DNA of 64,000 nucleotides from Microthyrium microscopicum (taxonomy: Eukaryota). Below are positions 52,207 through 63,137 of the stretch, in pieces (position 1 is the stretch's first letter; each line of letters opens with the position of its first letter). Below the pieces are notes generated by a model. That model had not been told where the DNA came from. It saw nothing but the letters and a program-made list of their open reading frames with translations, and searched no databases. The translations under genes and the position numbers were made by a program. The DNA lies in NCBI GenBank assembly GCA_010405405.1, contig MU004232.1, forward strand, positions 1,693,481-1,757,480. Reading direction: 5' to 3'.

Positions 52207-53619
52207 CTATTCTAATAGTATGGACGGGAGAGCCTCACGTTCCTCCTGCCATTCACGTTCGCTTTGGACAAACTCTTCAGCTGACCCATAGAATATCTCG
52301 ACTGGCTCTTCTTCCTCCGCAGCTTCCTCTTCCTCCGTTGGCCAAGGAGGCATGATCGTAAAGTCCCGGAAGTATACCAGTTCATCAGCCACATCGAGTC
52401 CTGAGATCCTACTTAACTCTTCCAGCGTCTCCGGTGATGGCTCAGCACCGTACAGACCATTAGTGAGGGCGGCAACAAAATTGGAGTAATCCAGATCTGA
52501 CAGCTTAGAGGCATATTGCGTGTCTGACACTTGATATAATTGAGTGACAACAGCGTCACAAAAGACTTGCTCTAGACTTTTGTCATAGTCCGCGCTGATG
52601 CTGTCTTTTGCAAGTCCTAATAATGCATAAACGCGATCTCTTGGGTCGGCGCACTCTTGCTGTTTCCATATTTGTATGAGCTGGCTTAGCTGCCATGTTT
52701 GCGATAGGCGTTTTGAGTCGTCTCCATCCTTCAATATGAAAAAAGCACGACTGGCACCTGTTTGAGCTTGCAAGTCCTTGAACTTCCATCTGGAAACCGG
52801 GTTCGGGGAAGCATTTTTAACTCGTAGGCCGTTTGGTCGCAGAAACTGGCCCAAATAATCCAGCTCGGATGCTATAGACACCAGGAGGGACCATTCACAG
52901 ACCTCGTCTCCGCAGAGTATGCTTAGTTTTCTTGCGAGTAGGACTTCCTGAACAATCCACATTCTCTTCCAGTAGTCTCGATGGAATAAGGCTAGAAATG
53001 CCTCGTTCAGCTCTTTCTCAAACAGCTCTTGAAACATGTCCTCAATAGTGAATTCGGGTTTTGGAATGACGAATTTGAGATCGCCGTACTCGCGTTTGTG
53101 CGGTAAACGTGCCAGTTTGGGTGCAGTTTGGAGGTCTTGTCCTGGTTCCCAGACGAGCGAAGGCATGGCTTTGAGATACTGTAGAATACTAGAACTGTTG
53201 TCCTGCTCTGGTCCAAGCCATATCAGCACGGTATCCGCGCGAGAGAATATTTCACCCATCATGTTGACTTGGTGACTGCGCTCAAGTGTGTCTTCTTGAT
53301 TGATACTTATGGCGTCAATCCAAAGAAGTCCTTGAAATGACCCATCGTTCACCTTGTTTCTATAAGATGAAAGCGCCAAGATAAGATTTTCTCGCACCGA
53401 CAAATTCTGGTCATCAACAACAATTGCGGTCGTTGGTTCTGGTGGTCCCCATGTGTAGGAAAGAGCTGTGAATGGAGGACAAGTCGCATCGGGGCCGAGT
53501 TCGTGAGCGTGAAGTTTACATGCTATCTCTTGACTTTGACCAGGTAATATCTCTATCAGCCTGATGGATTGTGTGGAACGGTCAAGGGGGTTGTATGAAT
53601 ATGGTGTTGCTGAAGGCAT
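52207..53619 (-). CDS. HET (heterokaryon incompatibility) domain protein
   Basis: IRLIEILPG, FTALSYTWG, LWIDAISINQ, ERSHQVNMMGEIFSRA, YWKRMWIVQEV and DPRDRVYALLGL are the canonical HET motifs; single exon of 470 aa. Confidence 0.93.
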   Translation of the reverse strand: MPSATPYSYNPLDRSTQSIRLIEILPGQSQEIACKLHAHELGPDATCPPFTALSYTWGPPEPTTAIVVDDQNLSVRENLILALSSYRNKVNDGSFQGLLWIDAISINQEDTLERSHQVNMMGEIFSRADTVLIWLGPEQDNSSSILQYLKAMPSLVWEPGQDLQTAPKLARLPHKREYGDLKFVIPKPEFTIEDMFQELFEKELNEAFLALFHRDYWKRMWIVQEVLLARKLSILCGDEVCEWSLLVSIASELDYLGQFLRPNGLRVKNASPNPVSRWKFKDLQAQTGASRAFFILKDGDDSKRLSQTWQLSQLIQIWKQQECADPRDRVYALLGLAKDSISADYDKSLEQVFCDAVVTQLYQVSDTQYASKLSDLDYSNFVAALTNGLYGAEPSPETLEELSRISGLDVADELVYFRDFTIMPPWPTEEEEAAEEEEPVEIFYGSAEEFVQSEREWQEEREALPSILLE

Positions 53620-54128
53620 TTTTGACTAAGATGAAGATATTTTGCAGTCTTTGCTAATCGGTTGTATCAGATGATGAGGAAGAGATCTGAAGGAAGCGGT
53701 CATATTCTCTTCCTCAAAGGTTGGGTAGTCGTCTTTTATCATGGGAGGAAGGCTGTGTTTTCTGCAATTGATAGGGGCTAAGCGGCGTCTGCCTTGTCCT
53801 GGACTCATAGTCGCGACGATACAATAATTAATTCGATGGAATTAGCGCTATGTCGAGAGATCTCTTTTGAGCATTCCATCACCAATTAAAGCTAGTTATT
53901 TTGCCGACTTTTGGCTACATTAAATGTTGAAAAGGGGCTGAGGTTGAGGAGGCAGCCTTGTTTAGTCAGCAGCCTCATTATTCATAGACTGCCAAGACTT
54001 GACGCGCTATCACGTGAAATCAAGGGTCCTCAAGCTCCAGCCAGGCAGAGCTTGTTTGAAACTCTCCTCATTCTATCATCACCCACACCTCCATCTCCAC
54101 CCCTCAGAGCAATCTTGCCATAATAAGC

Positions 54129-55739
54129 ATGCCGGGGGACGACGACACTCTTACCGATGTTGAGCAGCACGAGCAGCAGCCCGACCAGCTTCAGGATATC
54201 AATGACCTGGACTCCGGGGCTGTCCTTGAGGCCTCTGCTGATGCTCTTCTAAACTCCTCCTCATCCAACTCCAAGGAACCCTTTTCCGTCCTCACTCGCA
54301 TCCCCGATGATGTCCAAGAGTATCGCGAAAAGGTCTATCTCTTAGAGGAGCCTGCTACCTTTACCGCAGAGACCTGGGCAAAATACTGGCCGTAAATCTC
54401 TCTACCCTTCACCACCTTTCATGATTTGTGCTGATTACTTCGCAGTTTCATCGACAATGTCTGGTGCTTGCACAATCGCCTCGATGCGCCTATGGGGCTA
54501 GCTCGCGGCCATACTGAAAAGTTCTGGGGCGGATGTCGTCTGCAGCGCAAATGGGACCATACCTCGTCCAACCCTCCAGCCAAAGGCATTCGGAACCGAG
54601 TCCGACGACCTACTGGCACATGTACAGCCAAGTTCAAGCTCACTGTGTTGCCCGATGGGAGTCGTATATTGGAACGCTCTACAAAAGAAGGACATAGCCA
54701 TGATCTTGATCATATCGATTCTATCAAGCGCAATTCAGGAGTACGGTCACTGGTGCTTGATCCATTCTTCAACTCCTGGGAGCCAGCTACGATCATGGCA
54801 TACCTTCGTGACCCAGACCATTTCGTCAACGGCCGAGACATGCTTACTGAAGCTGGTGGAAAATATTTGGAGCGTCGCGAGATTATGAATATTTTCTCAC
54901 AACATTTGCGCAAGCTCTATCCTGGGATTGATGTTAGCTCTATCAAGAAGGAACAAGACAAGTACAAGGCTATGAAGACTTGCAATTTCAAAGGGTGCAA
55001 TCGCTCTTTTCCAGATGGCAAGGCTCTTATGGCGCATCGCAAGGTTGACCATCCTGCTTCTGAAGGCCGACAACATGATCACTCTCATCGCAAATACACT
55101 TGCCCTCAAAAAGGTTGCCACCGCAAGAAAAAGTCCAAGGGGTTTCCTAGCCTGTTGGCTCTTCATGAGCATCAAATCAAGATGGAGCATTGGGGCAGTG
55201 GTAGTCATCATACTGAGGAAGGCCCCGTGCCTTGTCCACCTATAATCGAAGGCGAGACCTATGGTGATATGCAAGCTATGGCTGGTGCCGCCGAAGACGA
55301 AGATACAACTATGATGGACTCTCAATCACAAGTTGACAACTCAGGACTTGCTGATACTCCATCACAGTCCCACCTATCTGTCCCTCAGCAACCACTTCCA
55401 GGCACCGACAATTCACTTCTTCCTCTGCTAGCTGCGCATGGTGTGCAGTCAATGGTATCACAGTCTAACATGATGCCGATTGATCCAGCTATGCATTCGC
55501 AGCCACTGCCAGCCCGCAGCCCACGACCACGCGCAATTGCTCCAAAGCCAGCGAACCCACAAACCAGTGTTTCTCCTAGCATGCCATCCAACATACAGCC
55601 AGATCTCCCTGCCTCCAACCAGGCTAGCAACTCTGCTGGGCAAAGCCTTACTGATGCCGAGAAGGCAATCATGATGGAGCGGTACTGGGCGATGCAGGCT
55701 GAGATGGATCGAATGAAACAGCAAGGGCTTTTCGAGTAG
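54129..55739 (+). CDS. Putative DNA-binding protein: FAR1/WRKY-GCM1-like zinc domain plus two C2H2-like fingers, 2 exons
   Basis: Intron 54392-54445 joins YWP/FIDNVW in frame. C(RLQRK)...CTAKFKLTV...HSHDL motif, then CNFKGC...HRKVDH and CPQKGC...HQIKMEH; low-complexity tail. Confidence 0.75.
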
Positions 55740-56179
55740 GGACCGGAGTTCATGCTTTATAATTCTTGATCTTTCTAGCACGGAGTCCGGGGCTGATTTT
55801 GCAGTTCTATCGAGTGGAATTTATCTCCATATCATTCTCATGTACACCTTGACAGAGCTAGTCTTGATGGTGCTGCTGTTTGTACTTGTTACTACCGACT
55901 TGTTACTGTCCACAGGTCTTCGGCATATGGAGAGACGTTGCAGTGTATTTACTTCAGCAATTTCCAGAGAGGCGCAAAGGTCAAAGGGATTCCTTAAAGC
56001 TGCATGTAAAGGTGTATAATTTCAGGATGAAATTGTAATCTTGGGTATGGGTAAATTCAAGTATCAAATCGAGCCAATATCATTCAAGTCGTAAGAGTCA
56101 ATAACATCAGCGACAGTTCGGTCTTTTCCCGCACATCCTCCATAAGAAAATGATAGTTGGTCCAATATTCGTCATCCAA

Positions 56180-57381
56180 TCACTTTGCCAGCGCCTTTAC
56201 AGCGTTAACTTCCTCATCCAGTGGCAGGATATCCGGCAATGGCCCAACTGGCGTGATGGCCTGTGGGTGAGTTAGTCTCTTGCTCCAATGAATCAGGTCA
56301 GTACTTACATGGGGATTGATTTGCGCATGACTCTTTGTATAATGCTTCTTGATATGCTCAAATTGAGTCGTCTCCTTAAACCCACCCACATTCCAGTACA
56401 AGTTCCTGACCCATTTATGAAGAGCAGGATATCCAGATCTGATATCGCGGATATTGCACTTGAAATGCTGCACATACACCACATCAAATCGAATGATTGT
56501 TGTAAACAAGCGAATATCAACCTCAGTCAATCGCTCACCGAACCAGAACGGGCCATCTTTCTGGCTGCTCAAATGTCCCTCGATACGGTCTAGCGAGCTA
56601 AACAGAGTGGTCACCGCTTTCTCGTACGCTTCTTGCGTAGTCGCAAAGCCAGACTTGTAAACGCCATTGTTCACGTCGTCATAGATCCATGAGTTTGCCT
56701 CATCGATCGCGCTTTCCAGGTCTTTTGGCAGCAAATCAATCGCGGCAGCCTTGTCAGGTAAGACGCTGTCGAATGAGTGATACAGGATGCGAATGATGTC
56801 GGCACTCTCATTGTTGACGATACGCTTGCTGTGTGTATCGTATAGCACTGGGACAGTATAGCGGCCGCTGTAGTCCGGATCACTTTCAAAGTATATCTGC
56901 CTGATATGCGTAAATGCTTCGTCATGCAGTGGGTCTGGAGTCACGTTTGAGCCGGCCACTTTTTCATTTTTCTCGGCGAAGCGCCAGCCCTTGTCGCCTA
57001 GATGCCAGTGCACGGAAGTGTAAGGAATGATGTCTTCGAGACCTTTTAGAGAGCGCACGAGTAGTGTTCGGTGGGCCCAAGGACAGGCGTAGCTGACGTA
57101 GAGATGATACCGGTCTTTGGCGGGTGGAAACTCCGCGCCTGGATCGCTGGAGATTTTGGAGCGGAAGGATGAGACTTGGCGTTTGAACTCGCCGGATTTG
57201 TCTTTTGGGTCGACCCAATTGAGGATGTCGGGCTTGGAGGACTGGGACAGGTTAGAAAATCTGGTTATGAAGAACTGAGAGGGTGAGATACCATGTTGGA
57301 AAGAGCTCGTGAGGTTATATGAATTGGTTTTGGAGATAAATGGGTTGCTATAGCTCGAGTTCGTGTGAGAATGCTGAACAT
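56180..57381 (-). CDS. ECM4: Glutathionyl-hydroquinone reductase / omega-like glutathione S-transferase (ECM4/YqjG type)
   Basis: SGEFKRQVSSFR, YHLYVSYACPWAHRTL (CPWA active site), YTVPVLYD, IVNNESADIIR, VNNGVYKSGFA, HIKKHYTKSH; introns at about 57242-57291 and near 56260-56310. Alternative in-frame ATG at 57294. Confidence 0.93.
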
Positions 57382-57925
57382 TCGTTGTGGGATATCTTTG
57401 ATTCTAAGCCTTTTATGTTCGCTTGACTATGAAAAGGTTGAGATTTATAATGGCATGGGCATTTCCAATACGATTGCGAAATATTTCAGGAAGTTCTAGA
57501 ATGCTGATTTCTCAAAGGAATTGATTTACGATATACGTTGCTTAGATGTAGTTGTCATGCTCCTTGGGGTAATCGTAGAGGTCGAGTCCCAGCTCCCCTG
57601 TCGACATTAGCATCATAGAGCGGAACTCAATCGCGATGGACGGAATGAAGCCGCATGTCATATTCAAATCTTTTTCGCTTCAGTTTCTCTCCCTGACTTT
57701 ACATGCCAAATCTCGACAAGCGGATTGATATCTGTTATGTCGATTGCTCTACACATGAATGTTATAATCTAGCCTTTTCTAGAATTTTGCAATGGTTTCA
57801 TGGGCTTGTAAGTTGATTCATACTAATTCAAGCATAATCTCGTCATCAAAGATGGTTGGGACAGGTCACAGAACAAGGTATTCATTGATTTCTACAGACA
57901 TCTATTTTCACCTCAAAGGTTTTTA

Positions 57926-59000
57926 CTACAGCGGTGGGGTGTCGCCGAACGCCCTACCCGTCATATTTTGCACTCGCTCGCCGGCGACCTGGCCGGACAG
58001 TTTGCGGATCGTCTCATCTTCCTTGGGTGAGATACTGAAGTCAAGACTGGCCAGATCCTCTTTCAAGCGATCGAGGCTCTTGGTTCCAGGAATCGCAAAG
58101 ATGTCGTCGCCCTGAGCCATGAGCCAGGCCAAAGCAAGCTGCGGTGTAGTCGCTCCTTTGGACGCAGCCAATTCTGTCAGTTTGTCAACGATGCCCAAGT
58201 TGGTCTGTAGATTCTCGTCCTTGAGCCAGGGCATGTGGTGACGCAGGTCGCCAGGCTTGGAGAAATCTTCACTTTTGCGGAGGCTGCCTGTAAGGATGCC
58301 ATTTCCTAGCGGGCTGTATGCCACGATAGCTACGCCGAGCTCACGCGCGGTTTTGAGAAGGTTAAACTCAGGCGATTCAATGGCCAGGCAGAAAGCGCTA
58401 TATTCGACCTGAACGCAGGTGATTGGATGCACGGCGTGTGCCCGCCGCAAAGAGTCGGCACTGCACTCGCTGAGGCCAATATACTTGATCTTCCCGGCAT
58501 CTTTGAGCTCGACCATAGCCTCTATCGTCTTTTCGATGGGCGTCTTGCCGTCAAGCCGGTGGACGTAGTAGAGGTCCACAAAAGGTAGTCCAAGTCGCTT
58601 CAGGGACTTGTCCAGGGCCTGCTTGCAGTATTCAGGCGATGAGTTGACGGGAACACCGGCAGGGTTGTGGAAATCAGATATGATGCCGAACTTGGTCGCC
58701 AAAAAGATATCTTCACGTTTTTCAGGATTTGCCGCGAACCACTTTCCAATGACGTCTTCTGAATCGTTGTACTCATCGGCTAGCCTTGTTAGACCAGTCA
58801 GATGGTAAGTCTAAGGGTCTCATACCTGTGTCCCAGAAAGTCTCCCCGATGCTGTATGCTCCATCCAAAAAGGCGAGCCGAGCAGCATCTGACGCTGGCA
58901 GGCCGTAAACCCCACTAGCTCCCATCAAACCGACACCCAGGCGTGGTAGTATGGGGCCATTTTTACCAAGCTGGCGGAGAGGGATATTTGAAGCAGCCAT
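57926..59000 (-). CDS. Aldo-keto reductase (yakc-like), 2 exons
   Basis: LGVGLMG, TFWDT/ADEY, IFLATKFG, SLKRLGLPFVDLYYVHR, GKIKYIGLSE, AYSPLG, QLALAW, IPGT. Confidence 0.92.
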
Positions 59001-59522
59001 AGAGACTCGTAGCGTAACAATTGCTGTTGAAGAAGCTCGTGTTGGATGTAGCGAATACTGTAGAGAAACTTGAATTGCATTTACCCGTCAGCGTTCGACA
59101 CGTCCATTTTTATATGCTTCACCAGTAGATACCTACAGTACCACCGCCGAGTCTAGTACTCAACTCAGTCTAAGCAACAAGTATGTATAAGGCTGAACCA
59201 AGAACCTAGGGATCTGACTGGTTGACAGTCTCCCGCATCTTTAAATCCGCCGGTAACTCCGCCGAAATGGCTTTGGCTTACCTCCTATTCTAGGGTACGG
59301 TAGCTTTGAGGCTTTACTCCATTCTACGACCGCGGCTGCACAGCACTGAGCTGTAGAGGACGTAAGAACAAATGCAAATCTCTTCCGAGCTGTTGACGGC
59401 TTCCGGTAAGCTTCATCACCCCCGTTGATCCAAATTGTCCCAGTCACCTGGATCTGAAGAGCTGAACGCAACTTCCTGCTGCTCAAGTGACCCAGGTTTA
59501 TGCAAGAAAGGAAGAGCGGCGC

Positions 59523-61586
59523 ATGTCGTCCTCGCTACCTACTTCACGTACACCATCTCGAAATGCAGTGGTCAAGCGTCAAAAGATCCGGAAAGGCACC
59601 TTCAGTTGTTGGGAGTGCAAGCACCGCAAAATCCGCTGTGTACCAAATCCTGCATCCAGCGTCGTGTGTACCTCCTGCCATTCACGAGGCCTCGTCTGCA
59701 TAGGCCAGGAGTTCCCTGATCCTGATAATGTCCGCAACGATGCGGAGACACGCATTGATCACTTGGAGTCTATGGTCACTGAGGTCATCCAGCAAAGGAC
59801 GATAAGCGGAGCTCGACCGCAAGACTGTTGGCCTGCATCAAAACGTTCAATTGGGGAGGGCAGATGGCCATCACAACAGCTATTGGCAATCCCTCTCTAC
59901 ACGGAATCTTCAATGGCTGGACTGAGCGGTCATCTACACTCAATTTTCCCGAGGCTTTCCACTATCGATCAGATCATACGATATTCTGGCCCCCTCAAAC
60001 TGGCCGTCCATGTGCTTTACTTGACGAAGAAGCAGTACAGTGCTTCAAATAACAAGTCCTCAGATCGAGAGGAGCAGACCATAACACTTTCGTCACCCAC
60101 TGACCATCCAATCAAGTTCGCCCGTAAGCTCATTCAGCTGGCCCTCTGCTTACAGCAGCTAAATGCTGCCAGTGTGGCAGAGCTTTCAAGGCTTCAGCTA
60201 GGTGGGCCGGTGCACGATATAATGCGCCATTACGCCAACGCTGTGTCTCGCTACGTGACATCCCAGGACGATTTAGTAAACTGCCTCGAAGGCCTAGAAG
60301 TTCTGATGCTGGAAGCGTTGTTCAAGCTGAACGAAGGCAGCACACGCGCCGCGTGGCTGCTGTTTCGTCGTTGCATCGCTATCGCGCAGATGCTCGGCTA
60401 CCCCAACTCGCGCAGTCTTCCCGAGCAGCGGCTGTGGTTCTGTTTCATCTTGGCCGACCGCACTCTCTCTTTGATGTTGGGTCTCCCCTTTGTCGTTGTA
60501 GACGACGAGTTTGTCAACGAACGCCTCATCGTCGTCTCTTCGCCCGCCCAGAAACTGGATTGCTGGCACGTCCTTATCATGGGACGTATCATCGCACGGA
60601 ACCTACGCATACAGCGCCGCCGCCGTAGCCCACAGAATCAAGGTGGCCAGACTAATGGGATCGAAGAATACCAGGAGACCCAAAGTATTGATGCGGAGCT
60701 TAAAAAAGTTGCCCGGCTAGTGCCGTCGAGCTGGTGGAATTACAAAGATCTGGACAACTCATTATCAGAGGTAGAGATGGCAGAAAGAACTGCAATTATC
60801 CTTGCACAGATGCACCACCATTTTCTTGTAGTCATTCTTCATCAGACTTACCTTTTGTGGGATGCTGCTACCTACAACGAAACATACTGTAAGTCTGCGG
60901 TTCTGTATGCCAGTCGCGAGATGCTGTCTCGATTCTTGGCCTTACGCAAGTTCCACGTCGGCCCAACATACCGAGGGCTCGATAACAAGGCTCTCATCTC
61001 ATCCATAACTCTCCTTGTGGTTCATCTCCAAGGTCACGAATTCGGCGCTGCTAACATGTTTGAACACCAGCGACCGCGAGACCTGGCTCTCATAGATCAG
61101 ATCATAAAGTCCTTGGAGAAGATCTCCGTGTTGTACAATGACAAATCGAGCAAATCATACGCGCAGATGCTGAAGGAGTTGATGAAGGTTGAAGACGACG
61201 CGGCACACGGCGCCAACTATTCAATTACCATTGAAGACGACAATCACGAAATGGCAAAAGAAGAGGGCCGCATGGCTCTGCCAATTGCCTACTTTGGGAC
61301 CATAAGCGTTACGCATGTAAGCCTAGCAAGCACTCGACTTGCTAACCGGATACCCGAGTACTATGAGAATGAGAATCACTTTAGTGGCCAATCAACCTTA
61401 ACGTCTGGGTCAGATCCTTTCCAATATCTCCTTGAAAGCTCTGGCGATAGTGACTTTACAGCTGCTGGAGCTCATGAGGCGTTGAATCTCTCTCCGTTGA
61501 TTGATTTTGGCATGCCGGAACTCAACGAAGTAGAAGATATGAGCGAATTCAACTCATCGTCGAATATCTTTCAGTTCTCCTCTTAG
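59523..61586 (+). CDS. Zn(II)2Cys6 transcription factor, intronless
   Basis: KIRKGTFSCWECKHRKIRC...CTSCHSRGLVC cluster; AQMLG...LW...DRTLSLMLGLP region. First in-frame ATG at 59523. Confidence 0.92.
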   Translation: MSSSLPTSRTPSRNAVVKRQKIRKGTFSCWECKHRKIRCVPNPASSVVCTSCHSRGLVCIGQEFPDPDNVRNDAETRIDHLESMVTEVIQQRTISGARPQDCWPASKRSIGEGRWPSQQLLAIPLYTESSMAGLSGHLHSIFPRLSTIDQIIRYSGPLKLAVHVLYLTKKQYSASNNKSSDREEQTITLSSPTDHPIKFARKLIQLALCLQQLNAASVAELSRLQLGGPVHDIMRHYANAVSRYVTSQDDLVNCLEGLEVLMLEALFKLNEGSTRAAWLLFRRCIAIAQMLGYPNSRSLPEQRLWFCFILADRTLSLMLGLPFVVVDDEFVNERLIVVSSPAQKLDCWHVLIMGRIIARNLRIQRRRRSPQNQGGQTNGIEEYQETQSIDAELKKVARLVPSSWWNYKDLDNSLSEVEMAERTAIILAQMHHHFLVVILHQTYLLWDAATYNETYCKSAVLYASREMLSRFLALRKFHVGPTYRGLDNKALISSITLLVVHLQGHEFGAANMFEHQRPRDLALIDQIIKSLEKISVLYNDKSSKSYAQMLKELMKVEDDAAHGANYSITIEDDNHEMAKEEGRMALPIAYFGTISVTHVSLASTRLANRIPEYYENENHFSGQSTLTSGSDPFQYLLESSGDSDFTAAGAHEALNLSPLIDFGMPELNEVEDMSEFNSSSNIFQFSS

Positions 61587-62048
61587 TTGCTGATATCTTA
61601 AAACTATGTATGATAAATCTTACATTCCAGCTCTATGGTACATGGGGTTTCAGTTTAAGTAAACTTCTCCATGCGTAAACAAATCATACTCTGCGAGACC
61701 TTTCGTTTAGAAGACTACATTCTCTAGCTACGTGATTGCAACGACTTGATACATTAGCAAAGCTATTCTCAATTGAACAAACATCCTTCGAACAGAAGGC
61801 AATACTCTGAACCCATAGCCTATATCAGGCCACTTAGTGCTCACCCACAATACGAGCTGTAATATCCTGCTTACCAGAAATACTATCAACACTGGCAGTT
61901 AATATAACTTCCTTGGACCTATATGACATATCTTCTCTCCTACAAATACACTTTAACGTTACAAAAGTACTGCTATACCTTACAATGACATAACAACCAC
62001 CCTCCATATAAATTCCCATAACCTTCAACAACATTCTTCACAAACACC

Positions 62049-62739
62049 ATGCACACCACCTCCTCCATACTTTTATCCCTCCCTCTCCTCAACCACGCAA
62101 CCGCCCTCTGCAACACCAACATCTTCATGACCGGCATCTCCGCCTACCACCCCACGACAAAGTCCCAAGGATTCAATCCCGCCATAATAGACACCGCCAT
62201 CCGCGCTGACGCCATCGCAATGCGCAAAGCTGGCTACAATGTTCGCCGTACATATATCCCCCCTTATTCCACTCCCAGTATCCTAGTATTCCTCATTCCC
62301 AGTACTAACGACCCCCCAGTAGTCCTAATAGGTCCCGAACAACCCCTCACCCTCCTCGAATCCCAACTCGCCGACATAGAATGGGCAGGCACAGGAGTAG
62401 GATTCGGCGTACGGGGGAGTAAGAGCCAGGAACTTACGACCCGCTTTGAAGGTTTGACGACATCCCTTCCAAAGCGAAGAAGGGAAGCTAATGGTGTGAT
62501 GGTGTGTAGATATAATACAAACATATCGGAAATACGCGCCTAGTGCACCGATGGTATTTAATGCGGGACCGCAGAGCGTGGTGGGCGGATTGCAGCGGTT
62601 GGTCCCGCTGGCGGATGGATGTGTGAATGGGACGGGGAGGGATTTGGTATGTATTGGGGAGATGGTGGACTGGACTGGGCTGGGTTGGGCTAATGGATTA
62701 TAGGGGATAAGGACGTTTTGTGAGATATGTGGGTCGTGA
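62049..62739 (+). CDS. Small secreted hypothetical protein, 4 exons
   Basis: Signal-peptide-like N-terminus; three GT...CTAAY...AG introns give ...WAGTGVGFGVRG...FE/DIIQTYRKYAPSAPMVFNAGP...DGCVNGTGRDL/GIRTFCEICGS*. Confidence 0.72.
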
Positions 62740-63137
62740 GAGCGGGTGCTTAGGGTGGGCAATCAGATACTGATAGGGGTTGGGACAGATCAGCAGTAGA
62801 TATCAGGAGAATAGATGGAGTACTTCGGAATATTATAGCATTCAACCACATGTACACATCGCTCGCTAAATAATCATACAACAACCCCCAAGATTAATCG
62901 CCGTCATCTTCATCACCCGCTCGCCCTGTTTAAAAGTAAAGAATTATAATAACAGAAAAGAAAGTGGAACAAAGTGTCCTACAGCCATACATCTCAAAGC
63001 AAGAAAAACAACTACCAATGGTATCTCAATGCAAAAGAATCCCACAAAACGCCCGCTTCTAGAACACAATGGATATCTAGCAAATTCCGGTTCCGCCCTG
63101 TATTACGATTATTCGAGTTTCTCGCATGAATTCATTA

